Positions 30,307-39,106 of a stretch of 64,000 nt of DNA are shown in pieces. The notes under the pieces were generated by a model, which saw only the letters and a list, made by a program, of their open reading frames with translations, did no database searches and was not told the origin of the DNA. The stretch lies in NCBI GenBank assembly GCA_963977015.1, contig CAXBMO010000001.1:224001-288000 (forward strand), written 5' to 3'. The translations under genes were made by a program, and so were the position numbers. How positions within the stretch are numbered: position 1 is the stretch's first letter; every line of letters starts with the position of its first letter. This DNA comes from an uncultured bacterium (GTDB taxonomy: Bacteria; Verrucomicrobiota; Verrucomicrobiia; Verrucomicrobiales; DEV007).

Positions 30307-30960
30307 CTACGGCTTTTGAATTTTTTTTCCAGGGATTGGCTGGGCAGGTTTAGCGGGGCCTCCTGAGCTGGGTGCAACCGCTCCTGTTCCGGGGGCCTTA
30401 ATGGGTCCTGCGCCAGGAGCCTTAACTGGAGCGCCAGCGGGAGCAGATGGTGGTGCTGAAAGAGGCTTTGCTGCACCCGGGATCGGTTGAGGAGATCCTG
30501 AAACGGGTGCTTTGGCTGGTTCAGGCTTGTTGGCTGCTGTTTTTTCATCCGCAGGTTTGGCGTCCGCCGGCTTGGCTGCGTTTGGCTGAGCTTTTACGGG
30601 AGAAGCGGAGGCGGCTGGCTGGCCTGATCCAGGCTTGTGGGTGAATCGGTTGCCGGGACCGTGTTCTTCAAACTTGGGGGCATTTCCTGATGCGGCATTT
30701 TCCCAAGTCACTTGGTTGTTTGATCCGGCAATGTGGGCTTGCCCCAACGTTCCGGTTTCCAAAGTATTGTCTTCACCTGCAATCACCAATGAGCTGACTT
30801 GCGCTGCTTTGATCTTATTGCGCATCCCGTTGATTTTTAACTGGCCACAGGAGCCTTTGACCTCGATCTCGCGATCCTTGTCACAAATCATGATATCTTG
30901 GCCGTTCGCCTCGACACTTTTGGCTGTGTTCACCGCGGTGATGATGATTGGACTACTCAT
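30307..30960 (-). CDS. DUF3060-like beta-helix protein with Pro/Ala/Lys-rich low-complexity tail
   Basis: Repeats VKGSCGQLKINGMRNKI / LVIAGEDNTL / HIAGSNNQVTW / GPGN, followed by about 100 aa of P/A/K/G-rich sequence. Confidence 0.7.
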   Translation of the reverse strand: MSSPIIITAVNTAKSVEANGQDIMICDKDREIEVKGSCGQLKINGMRNKIKAAQVSSLVIAGEDNTLETGTLGQAHIAGSNNQVTWENAASGNAPKFEEHGPGNRFTHKPGSGQPAASASPVKAQPNAAKPADAKPADEKTAANKPEPAKAPVSGSPQPIPGAAKPLSAPPSAPAGAPVKAPGAGPIKAPGTGAVAPSSGGPAKPAQPIPGKKIQKP

Positions 30961-31221
30961 AGTTTTGCAGGTTCGATCGGGGAACTTCGCCCCCGAAATG
31001 CATTATTGCCTTCATCCGGCAACTCGCCAAGCCTCAACTTGGGCTAGTTTTTTGCGAGCGGGAAATTGGACGAAGTTTCGATTTTGACTGCTTTTTCAGA
31101 CATTCGCTTCGTCATTTTCTCGTTGAGAGGCGGTTTTGTCGGGTATCAGCCTCTCGGAGAACTTCCTAACACACCTTTTCCATTGATTCAGCGGGCCTGT
31201 TGGTCGAACTAATTCACCATT

Positions 31222-31614
31222 ATGGCTAAAGGCTACGAACTCGAAGGAAACATCCACAAGATCGAAGACACCCAGGAATTCAAAAGCGGTTTCACCAAGC
31301 GCGAATTCGTGGTGGAGTCCAAGGATGGACAATACTCACAAATGATCAAATTCGAGTGTGTGAAGGACAAAACGGCTTTGCTCGACGGGCTTACCGTTGG
31401 CGACAAGGTGAAAGTCCACTTCGACATTCGTGGGAACGAATACAACGGCAGGTTTTTCGTGAATCTCAACGCCTGGCGCATTGAGCAGGCAGGCGATTCC
31501 GGTGGCGATCGAGTTGCCGAACCCGATGGTTTTGGTGATTCCGACGCACCTCCTTCGCATCTCAGCGAGCCGCCAACCGGTTACGATGACGAGAATCCCA
31601 ACAGCCCCTTTTAA
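31222..31614 (+). CDS. DUF3127 domain protein (OB-fold, SSB-like) with acidic tail
   Basis: GFTKREFVV...YSQMIKFEC...GDKVKVHFDIRGNEYNGRFFVNLNAWRI and an acidic tail ending PF, like SSB C-termini. Confidence 0.87.
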   Translation: MAKGYELEGNIHKIEDTQEFKSGFTKREFVVESKDGQYSQMIKFECVKDKTALLDGLTVGDKVKVHFDIRGNEYNGRFFVNLNAWRIEQAGDSGGDRVAEPDGFGDSDAPPSHLSEPPTGYDDENPNSPF

Positions 31615-31646
31615 GGGAGCGTCAGGGAAAAAGTTCGTTGGTGCGA

Positions 31647-31677
31647 GGCGCGGATCTTAAACGATCCCGCCCTTTTT
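31647..31677 (+). terminator. Imperfect hairpin/terminator between convergent genes
   Basis: GGCG(C)GGATC-TTAAAC-GATCCCGCC followed by CTTTTT. Confidence 0.45.
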
Positions 31678-32404
31678 ACTTTGGCTTGGTTCCTGAGCCC
31701 TTGATCTGCTTTGCCGATGTTCCCATGGGGATCGTCATTCCAAGCTTCATCAACTTGGGAAAAAGCTGCTGGTGGAGATAGGGATTTCCGGGATTGAGCC
31801 GCGCGTAATTCTGATGGTATTCTTCGGCGACGTAAAACTCAGGAGCTTCGGTGATTTCCGTGACAATTGGGTTGGTAAATTTGCCGGATGAATCCGCTTT
31901 TTTCTTTGAGGCCTCGGCAATCGCTTTTTGCTCGGGAGAGTGGTAGAAAATCGCCGAGCGGTATTGAGGCCCGCGATCCGGCCCCTGGCGATTCAACGTC
32001 GTCGGGTCGTGTGCTTTCCAGAACACGTCCAGAAGGCCCTCATAACTGATCTTTTTGGGGTCGTAGTGGATCTGGATCACTTCCGCGTGTCCCGTCTTCG
32101 CGGTGCAGACCGCCTTGTAGTTTGCGTCCTCGGCAGTTCCGCCCATGTAGCCGGAAACGACCGAATAAACGCCATCAATTTGGTGGAACACTTCCTCGGT
32201 GCACCAGAAACATCCTCCCCCGACGGTCGCTACTTCGGCGGTTTCCGGAATGTTCGACTCATCAGGAACCGGCAGCGGAGCAAACTTCGGCTCTTTCATC
32301 TTTTCGGCTTCTGCAAACGGATCCGGATCGGCGCTCTCGGCTGTGCAACCGAAGATCAACAGGGAACCGAAAAGAAGGGCGATAGCGGAAAATGGGATTT
32401 TCAT
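31676..32404 (-). CDS. msrA: Peptide-methionine (S)-S-oxide reductase, lipoprotein
   Basis: GGGCFWC, SGYMGG, TGHAEV, HDPTTLNRQG, QYRSAIFY and AEEYHQNY; lipobox LIFGC. Confidence 0.95.
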   Translation of the reverse strand: MKIPFSAIALLFGSLLIFGCTAESADPDPFAEAEKMKEPKFAPLPVPDESNIPETAEVATVGGGCFWCTEEVFHQIDGVYSVVSGYMGGTAEDANYKAVCTAKTGHAEVIQIHYDPKKISYEGLLDVFWKAHDPTTLNRQGPDRGPQYRSAIFYHSPEQKAIAEASKKKADSSGKFTNPIVTEITEAPEFYVAEEYHQNYARLNPGNPYLHQQLFPKLMKLGMTIPMGTSAKQIKGSGTKPK

Positions 32405-32528
32405 ACAGTTTGGTGGGATTGGGCTTTGGACACCTTACGCTGCGATTTGATCGAAATGAATTTTTAGAATTCCTTGCAAGCCAGATAGACGTAGTTGACC
32501 GCAACTTCAAGAAAACGCCCTTTGATTC

Positions 32529-33731
32529 ATGCGAATCCACCTCTTTTGCTTCTCCATCGCTCTCCTGGCACTCGGCAATGCTCAAGACTGGACCGGATTT
32601 CGTGGTGACGGAACCAGCCGGTTCACCAAGCCGACCAATCTTCCCGTTGAATGGAGCGATACCAGGAACTTGGCGTGGTCGCAGGATTTGCCGGGATATG
32701 GGCAATCGAGCCCGGTGATTTGGGGCGATCAGGTCTTTGTCACGTCGGCTGATGGGAAGGAGAAAGAGCGTCTGATAATCGCATCTTTCGATCTCGAAAC
32801 CGGCAATCCGCTCTGGCAGGGAACCTTTCCGGCCAGCGTCAAGATCGGCGCAACGGACATGGTCAGTCGAGGGGCACCAACTCCGGTCGTCGATGAGAAT
32901 TGCGTTTACGCGTTTTTCGAAAGTGGTGATCTCATCGCGCTCAATCATGAAGGTGAGCGACTCTGGCAACGGAGTTTGACCTCTGAATACGGCGAGTATG
33001 AAGGCGGGCACGGTTTGGGGAGTTCGTTGGCGGCGACCAATGAAACGCTCATCGTTCTCGCAGATCATCAGGGAGCTTCCTATCTGCTGTCGATCGACAA
33101 AAAGACCGGCGAGAACGTTTGGAAAGTGGATCGTGAATCGCGCATTTCTTGGACGAGTCCCGTTGTGATTGGCGATTGGATCTGGATTACCTCCAACGGC
33201 ATCGTGGAAACCCGCAAGACGTCCGATGGTTCCCAGGTTTGGGCCGTGGAGGGAATGGAAGGGAACACGGTTGCTTCGGCCAGCGTTTCGCCGGATCAAC
33301 AACTGGTCGTCATCGGTTGTTCGGCTCCGGGGCAAAGTCAGGCGATCAGCCGCGATGGCGCGGAGTTGTGGCGCGCCGAGAAAGTCACCAGCAGTTTTGG
33401 TTCGCCCCTGGTTTACGACGGATGCGCCTATTTTGTGAGCCGCGCCGGTGCGTTGCGATGCAACGATCTCGCCGATGGCAGTCTGCTTTGGGAGACTCGC
33501 TTGAGCGAAAGCTGTTGGGCTTCGCCAGTTTCAGCCGGAGGACTGCTGTATTTCTTCTGCAAAGATGGAACGACGTTCGTCCTCAAGCCGAATCGTGAGG
33601 AACCCGAGATCCTCGCTCAAAACAAGGTGTCGGATCTTACCGGCGACCGCATTTATGGGGTTGCATTGACGTCATCCCGGTTCATTGCCCGAACCGGCAG
33701 CAAACTGGTTTGCATCGCGATTGTCGAATGA
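32529..33731 (+). CDS. PQQ-binding-like beta-propeller (BamB-like) protein
   Basis: Signal peptide; DWTGFRG...LPVEWS...LPGYGQSSPVIWGDQVFVT and repeated TG..LW and SP motifs. Confidence 0.88.
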   Translation: MRIHLFCFSIALLALGNAQDWTGFRGDGTSRFTKPTNLPVEWSDTRNLAWSQDLPGYGQSSPVIWGDQVFVTSADGKEKERLIIASFDLETGNPLWQGTFPASVKIGATDMVSRGAPTPVVDENCVYAFFESGDLIALNHEGERLWQRSLTSEYGEYEGGHGLGSSLAATNETLIVLADHQGASYLLSIDKKTGENVWKVDRESRISWTSPVVIGDWIWITSNGIVETRKTSDGSQVWAVEGMEGNTVASASVSPDQQLVVIGCSAPGQSQAISRDGAELWRAEKVTSSFGSPLVYDGCAYFVSRAGALRCNDLADGSLLWETRLSESCWASPVSAGGLLYFFCKDGTTFVLKPNREEPEILAQNKVSDLTGDRIYGVALTSSRFIARTGSKLVCIAIVE

Positions 33732-33823
33732 CGTTCGATTGCGATTTTGGCCGCATAAATTGCCAAGAATGAGGCAAAGCGCGGGATTTTACTTGCAGCG
33801 AAGTTCGCAAAAGGCAACAGAGG

Positions 33824-33838
33824 TGAGACTGAGTCTCA
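33824..33838 (+). promoter_or_regulatory. Fur-box-like 7-1-7 palindrome upstream of imelysin
   Basis: Perfect inverted repeat TGAGACT-G-AGTCTCA ending 18 nt before the ATG at 33857. Confidence 0.78.
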
Positions 33839-33856
33839 ATCGCATCCATCAGTTTC

Positions 33857-34990
33857 ATGATCCGGTTTACCTTTCCTTTTCTCTTTCTGGTCAGCGTCGC
33901 AACGTCGGCTCTGGCTGATCTCGATTCGCTCAAACGCGACGTCGTTTCCAACTACGCCAATTTGGTTCATGCCAACTATGCGGATGCGTTGGTCGAAGCG
34001 GTCAATCTGCAGGGTGCGTTGACGGCGTTTGCCAATGAACCGGACGAAGCGGGGCTCGCCAAGGCGAGGATGGCCTGGATTTCCGCTCGCCTTCCTTATC
34101 TTCAAACAGAGGTTTTTCGTTTCTACGCCGGACCGATTGACGATGACGACGGGCCGGAAGGATTGATCAATGCCTGGCCGCTGGACGAAGCCTATGTCGA
34201 CTATGTGGAAGGCAATCCCTCGGTCGGAATCGTCAATGACACCGCGAATTTTCCCGAGATCACCAAGGAGTTGCTGGTTTCCGTCAACGAGAAAGACGGC
34301 GAGGAGAACATCAGCGCTGGTTTTCACGCGATCGAGTTTTTGCTCTGGGGACAAGACGAAAACGCGGATGGCCCGGGAAATCGCTCGGCGGACGATTACA
34401 TCACGGCTCCCAATGCAGACCGGCGCAAAGCCTACCTTTTGGCGGCCGGCGAACTTTTGGTGGAGAATCTGGAGCACCTCGTTGCCGAATGGGCTCCCGG
34501 TCAGGATAACTATCGCAAATCCTTCGAAGCCGCGCCGTCATCCGAGTCCCTGAAGAAGATCATTACTGGAATGTCGATGCTGGCCGGTTTTGAATTGTCG
34601 GGCGAGCGACTTTTGGTGGCGATGGAAACCAGAGCACAGGAAGATGAACACTCCTGTTTCAGCGACACCACCCATTCAGATGTAATCTACAATGCGAAGG
34701 GCATCGCCAACGTCTGGGAAGGGGAATACGGGAACGTCAAGGGAGCGGGAATCGATGATCTGGCAAAAGCCGTTGATGCCGATCTTCGGAAGAAGCTACG
34801 CAAAACGATTCAGGAAGCTCTGAAGCTTTCCAAGCAAATTCCCGTTCCGTTCGACCAAGCCATTCTCGAGGAAAATGGACGCGCATCGATCCTGGCGGTC
34901 GTGGAGACTCTTGAGGATCAGGCTGATCTGTTGGTCGAACTCAGCCAGAAACTGGGATTTGAGGTTCCTACTTCTGAAACGGATTCATGA
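33857..34990 (+). CDS. Imelysin / iron-regulated protein A (IrpA) family
   Basis: Signal peptide; YLQTEVFRFY, INAWPLDEAYVDYV, HxxE motif in GFHAIEFLLWGQD, and EDEHSCFSDTT. Confidence 0.92.
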   Translation: MIRFTFPFLFLVSVATSALADLDSLKRDVVSNYANLVHANYADALVEAVNLQGALTAFANEPDEAGLAKARMAWISARLPYLQTEVFRFYAGPIDDDDGPEGLINAWPLDEAYVDYVEGNPSVGIVNDTANFPEITKELLVSVNEKDGEENISAGFHAIEFLLWGQDENADGPGNRSADDYITAPNADRRKAYLLAAGELLVENLEHLVAEWAPGQDNYRKSFEAAPSSESLKKIITGMSMLAGFELSGERLLVAMETRAQEDEHSCFSDTTHSDVIYNAKGIANVWEGEYGNVKGAGIDDLAKAVDADLRKKLRKTIQEALKLSKQIPVPFDQAILEENGRASILAVVETLEDQADLLVELSQKLGFEVPTSETDS

Positions 34991-36390
34991 TCGTGATTTT
35001 TCGATACCTAACCCTTTCAATCTCGATTCTGGGCTTGGTGCTTGGCATGGCTCACGCCGCACCAATTCCGGAAGCTCAGGTTGGCGAAGAACTGAGTGGC
35101 GGAGCAACGACGGTCTTCCAGAATGGGAAAAACGCCTTCGCGTTGCCGTTGGCGAACATTTCGCGGGAAAACCGGCGGGCTCACGTGGTCGGAAACTCGT
35201 TTTTCAACAAGAACTGGGTCATTGCTCCGGCCTCGACGACGGCGCGAGATGGGCTCGGTCCGCTTTTTCACGCACGATCGTGTTCCGGTTGCCATACCCG
35301 GGATGGCCGCGGTGCGCCGCCAGCTCAGGGCGAACTCATGACGGGGTTGTTGTTTCGACTCAGCGTTCCGGGCCGAAGCCCTCATGGCGGCCCTCTTCCA
35401 GATCCGACTTACGGCGGCCAACTCGGGGTGCGGGCCGTTCCCGGAGTCGAACCCGAGGGCAATGTTCGGATCGAATACGAAGAAATTCCCGGAACCTATC
35501 CGGATTCAGAAACCTATTCTCTGCGAAAGCCAATTTACACGTTGGAGTGCTCCAAAAAATACGGAGCTCCACAAAACGATCTCCTCATGAGCCCCCGGGT
35601 CGCTCCACCTGTTCATGGTCTGGGACTGCTCGAAGCCGTTCCCGAAGCGACGATCCGCGGGTTTGCTGACGAGGATGACCAGGACGGCGATGGAATCTCC
35701 GGAAGGCCCAATGAAGTCTGGAATCCTGAGACCCAAACCCGCCAACTTGGCCGTTTTGGCTGGAAGGCGAATCAGCCTGACATTCGCCAACAGACGGCGG
35801 CCGCGTTTCTCGGAGATATCGGGATTACGAGCAACATTCATCCCAATGACGATTTCACTCCGGCACAGCATGCCCTGTTTGCGCAACCCGGATCGGGAGA
35901 CACCCCGGAATTGGACGACAACTTGTTGGCGCGCGTCGTGACCTATCAACTGACATTGGCGCCACCGGCCCGCAGAAATTGGACCGATCCCGAGGTGCTT
36001 CGTGGCAAGCTGCTTTTTGAGGAAGCACAATGCGCAGTTTGTCACGTGCCGGAAATGAAGACTGGCGATTACGAGGCGGTTCCAGAACTCGCGAATCAGA
36101 CGATCCGCCCCTACACCGACCTGTTGCTCCATGACATGGGCGAAGAATTGGCCGATCACCGTCCCGATTTTGAAGCCGATGGCCGGGAATGGCGGACGCC
36201 GCCACTGTGGGGAATCGGGCTGATCGAAACCGTCAACGGCCATACCTTTTTCCTTCATGATGGCCGCGCTCGAAACCTGGAAGAAGCCATTTTGTGGCAT
36301 GGCGGAGAGGCTGAAGTTTCCCGCGATCACTTTAAGAACCTGAATTCTTCGGATCGAGCCGCACTTCTCGCCTTTCTCAATTCGCTCTGA
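34987..36390 (+). CDS. Di-heme oxidoreductase (DHOR, DUF1111) family protein
   Basis: DGLGPLF..SCSGCH and CAVCH heme motifs, GRFGWKA, YTDLLLHDMG, WRTPPLWGIG and LHDGRAR. ATGA overlap with imelysin. Confidence 0.92.
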   Translation: MIVIFRYLTLSISILGLVLGMAHAAPIPEAQVGEELSGGATTVFQNGKNAFALPLANISRENRRAHVVGNSFFNKNWVIAPASTTARDGLGPLFHARSCSGCHTRDGRGAPPAQGELMTGLLFRLSVPGRSPHGGPLPDPTYGGQLGVRAVPGVEPEGNVRIEYEEIPGTYPDSETYSLRKPIYTLECSKKYGAPQNDLLMSPRVAPPVHGLGLLEAVPEATIRGFADEDDQDGDGISGRPNEVWNPETQTRQLGRFGWKANQPDIRQQTAAAFLGDIGITSNIHPNDDFTPAQHALFAQPGSGDTPELDDNLLARVVTYQLTLAPPARRNWTDPEVLRGKLLFEEAQCAVCHVPEMKTGDYEAVPELANQTIRPYTDLLLHDMGEELADHRPDFEADGREWRTPPLWGIGLIETVNGHTFFLHDGRARNLEEAILWHGGEAEVSRDHFKNLNSSDRAALLAFLNSL

Positions 36391-36444
36391 GTTGCCAATT
36401 CCCAAAAAACAAACGAAAACCAACTTGAAACTGAACGGATTCTT

Positions 36445-36461
36445 TTGAGAATGAGTCTCAA
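36445..36461 (+). promoter_or_regulatory. Fur-box-like palindrome upstream of Fe3+ ABC transporter
   Basis: TTGAGAAT-G-AGTCTCAA; the 15-mer core ends 18 nt before the ATG at 36479. Confidence 0.8.
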
Positions 36462-36478
36462 TTTCACCCAAACCTCTT

Positions 36479-37489
36479 ATGAATCGAAATTTCCTCTATC
36501 TCCTCACGACCGCTTTGTTTGCAGGCTCTCTGCAAGCGGAAGAAATTACGCTCTTCAGTCATCGTCACTACGAAGCTGATGATGCGCTCTATGAAAAGTT
36601 TACGAAGGAAACCGGGATCAAGGTCAATGTCGTCAAAGCCAGTGCTGACGAATTGATCGAGCGCCTGAAAGCCGAAGGCGAAACGACCAAAGGCGATGTT
36701 TTTATGACGGCTGATGCTGGACGTCTTGTCCGCGCAAAAGCGCAGGGCGTGCTCCAACCGGTCGAGTCAGCTGTGCTGAGCGAGCGAATTCCGGCAAATC
36801 TGCGCGATCCGGAAAATATGTGGTTTGGCCTTACGCAGCGGGCGCGAATCGTGATGTATGCGAAAGACCGCGTAAAGCCGGAAGAACTTTCGACTTATGA
36901 GGACTTGGCAGACAAGAAGTGGCGGGGCCGTATTTTGGTTCGCTCTTCCTCAAATATCTACAACCAGTCACTGCTTGCCTCGATCATTGCGGAACACGGA
37001 GCAGAAAAAGCAGCGGAATGGGCCAAGGGCGTTCGCGGGAACATGGCTCGTCCTCCACAGGGCAGCGACCGCGACCAAATGCGTGCCGTTCATGCCGGGC
37101 TCGGTGATTTGGCGATTGTGAATACCTACTATGTAGGATTGCTCGTTAACTCGACGGAAAAGAAGGATCAGGAAGTTGGAAAGTCGTTGGGGTTTTTCTT
37201 TCCAAACCAGGATGGACGCGGTGCTCATGTGAATGTGAGTGGCGCTGGAATCATCAAGCATTCCAAAAACAAAGACGCGGCCATCAAGTTTCTCGAGTTT
37301 CTAGCTTCGGATGAAGCTCAGGCCACCTTCCCAAAAGAGACCTACGAGTATCCCGTTGTTCCCAGTGTGGAATGGTCTCCTCTTCAGAAAAGCTGGGGCG
37401 AGTTCAAGGCGGATTCACTGAACCTGGCGAAACTTGGAGAGCTGAACGAGAAAGCGGTCGAAGTCTTCAACGAGGTGGGCTGGGAATAA
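36479..37489 (+). CDS. Fe(3+) ABC transporter substrate-binding protein (FutA/FbpA type)
   Basis: SHRHY, TADAGRL, RSSSNIYNQSL, NTYY (Tyr ligands) and GAHVNVSG. Confidence 0.93.
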   Translation: MNRNFLYLLTTALFAGSLQAEEITLFSHRHYEADDALYEKFTKETGIKVNVVKASADELIERLKAEGETTKGDVFMTADAGRLVRAKAQGVLQPVESAVLSERIPANLRDPENMWFGLTQRARIVMYAKDRVKPEELSTYEDLADKKWRGRILVRSSSNIYNQSLLASIIAEHGAEKAAEWAKGVRGNMARPPQGSDRDQMRAVHAGLGDLAIVNTYYVGLLVNSTEKKDQEVGKSLGFFFPNQDGRGAHVNVSGAGIIKHSKNKDAAIKFLEFLASDEAQATFPKETYEYPVVPSVEWSPLQKSWGEFKADSLNLAKLGELNEKAVEVFNEVGWE

Positions 37490-37492
37490 GAC

Positions 37493-39106
37493 TTGATTGC
37501 GGCGGTTCAGAAGCACTTTCGACGTGAGGTGGACCTATGGTCCGCCTCCACGTTTGTACTGGCGCTTCTGATTTTAACCCCGCTGATCGTCGTGGTGGTA
37601 GGCTTGAGCGATGCCGGCCCGAAGTGGGATCACATCGCATCAACGGTGCTGTGGAAGTATGTTTGGAATACGGTTCTCGTGGTTCCTCTTGTGGGTGTCC
37701 TGGCCATTTTGATGGCGGTTCCTCCAGCTTGGCTGGTTAGCGCCTTCGAGTTCCCCGGGCGTCGAATCTTTGAGTGGGCCTTGGTGTTGCCGTTGGCAAT
37801 TCCTACTTATGTCGCTGCGTTTGTCTACTATCCAGGATTGGAGGCTGCCATCCCGTTCATTGTCAGTGTGCGCCAGAATTTTGGGTTCGATGCGAGTCAG
37901 GTCGCTGAGAAAATTGTGCGCTATGGCCTCCTGTCCATCCTCCTCGCTTCGGTTCTCTATCCTTATCTTTTCATCAGCGCACGATCCTCCTTTTCGCAGC
38001 AGAGGAGGGGAGTGATTGAAGCCGCGCAAACCTTGGGACGGGGACCAATCTCGGTGTTCTTCTCAGTGGCGTTGCCCTTGGCAAGACCGGCGCTGGTTGC
38101 GGGACTCAGCCTGATTGTCATGGAGGTGGTGAACGACTATGGAGCAGTTCACTTTTTTGGAGTTCCAACTCTCACCGAAGGCATTTTTCGGACGTGGTTT
38201 GGGCTGGGAGACCGATCTTCGGCCCTGCGCATTGCCGGGCTGGTCATGCTGGCGGTTCTCTGCCTGCTTTGGGCCGAACAGAGGCAACGTGGTCGAGCGC
38301 GTTTTTCCGAGCATTCCGTGAACTCGACCCCGTTGGCTCGGCGAAAGCTCGGAACCAGCAAGGCAGTTTTGGCAATCGTGGTTTGCGTGGTTCCGCTGGG
38401 GATTGGATTTCTCTATCCAGTCTTCAGATTGTTGGGGTGGGCTTCACAGACATTCGGAAAGGTCCTCCAAGCCGATTTCTGGCAACAACTGGGCAATAGT
38501 TTGCTTCTCTCGTTGGGAACCGCCGCAGGTCTCACGGCGATCGCAGTCATCTTTGCATTCGCGACTCGTCTTCATCATGCAGGGTGGCTTCGTGTGACGA
38601 GTCGAATGGCGACGCTCGGTTATGCTGCTCCGGGAGCGGTCGTCGCGGTCGGTGTCATGGTTGCCTTGGGAGGTGTTGATCGAAGCCTTGGCCAGCAGGT
38701 TCTCAGCGGAACCTATTTCGCGATCATTTTTGCCTACACGGTTCGCTTTCTCGCCGTTCCGTTTCATCCGGTCCGCGCGGGGATGAATCGCGTTTGTGGT
38801 TCACTGGATGAGGCGTCGCGGGTGCTTGGCCAAAGCCCGTTGCTGACGCTGTGGAAGATTAATCTGCCGTTGATGTGGACCACGCTTCTCGCCGCTACGA
38901 TGCTCGTATTCGTAGATATCTTGAAAGAACTTCCCCTTACCATGATCCTGCGTCCTGCGAACTTCGAGACATTGGCGACGACTGCGTTCGGGCTCGCGAG
39001 CGAAGGGCGATTCCGGGAATGCTCGGTTCCTTCATTGATTATTATCCTCGCTGGCGCGCTCGGCCTCATGGTGCTGAACCGCCTGACTAAACGAAAAACT
39101 GGATGA
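37493..39106 (+). CDS. Fe(3+) ABC transporter permease (FbpB/FutB type)
   Basis: Duplicated TM core with two EAA loops (IEAAQTLG, LDEASRVLG), LPLAIPTYV and LKELPLTMILRP. TTG start. Confidence 0.93.
   Translation: MIAAVQKHFRREVDLWSASTFVLALLILTPLIVVVVGLSDAGPKWDHIASTVLWKYVWNTVLVVPLVGVLAILMAVPPAWLVSAFEFPGRRIFEWALVLPLAIPTYVAAFVYYPGLEAAIPFIVSVRQNFGFDASQVAEKIVRYGLLSILLASVLYPYLFISARSSFSQQRRGVIEAAQTLGRGPISVFFSVALPLARPALVAGLSLIVMEVVNDYGAVHFFGVPTLTEGIFRTWFGLGDRSSALRIAGLVMLAVLCLLWAEQRQRGRARFSEHSVNSTPLARRKLGTSKAVLAIVVCVVPLGIGFLYPVFRLLGWASQTFGKVLQADFWQQLGNSLLLSLGTAAGLTAIAVIFAFATRLHHAGWLRVTSRMATLGYAAPGAVVAVGVMVALGGVDRSLGQQVLSGTYFAIIFAYTVRFLAVPFHPVRAGMNRVCGSLDEASRVLGQSPLLTLWKINLPLMWTTLLAATMLVFVDILKELPLTMILRPANFETLATTAFGLASEGRFRECSVPSLIIILAGALGLMVLNRLTKRKTG

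Noticed and set aside
33749..33765. Possible sigma-54 promoter TGGCCGCATAAATTGC upstream of imelysin
   Set aside because: GG-to-GC spacing is 11 nt rather than the required 10.
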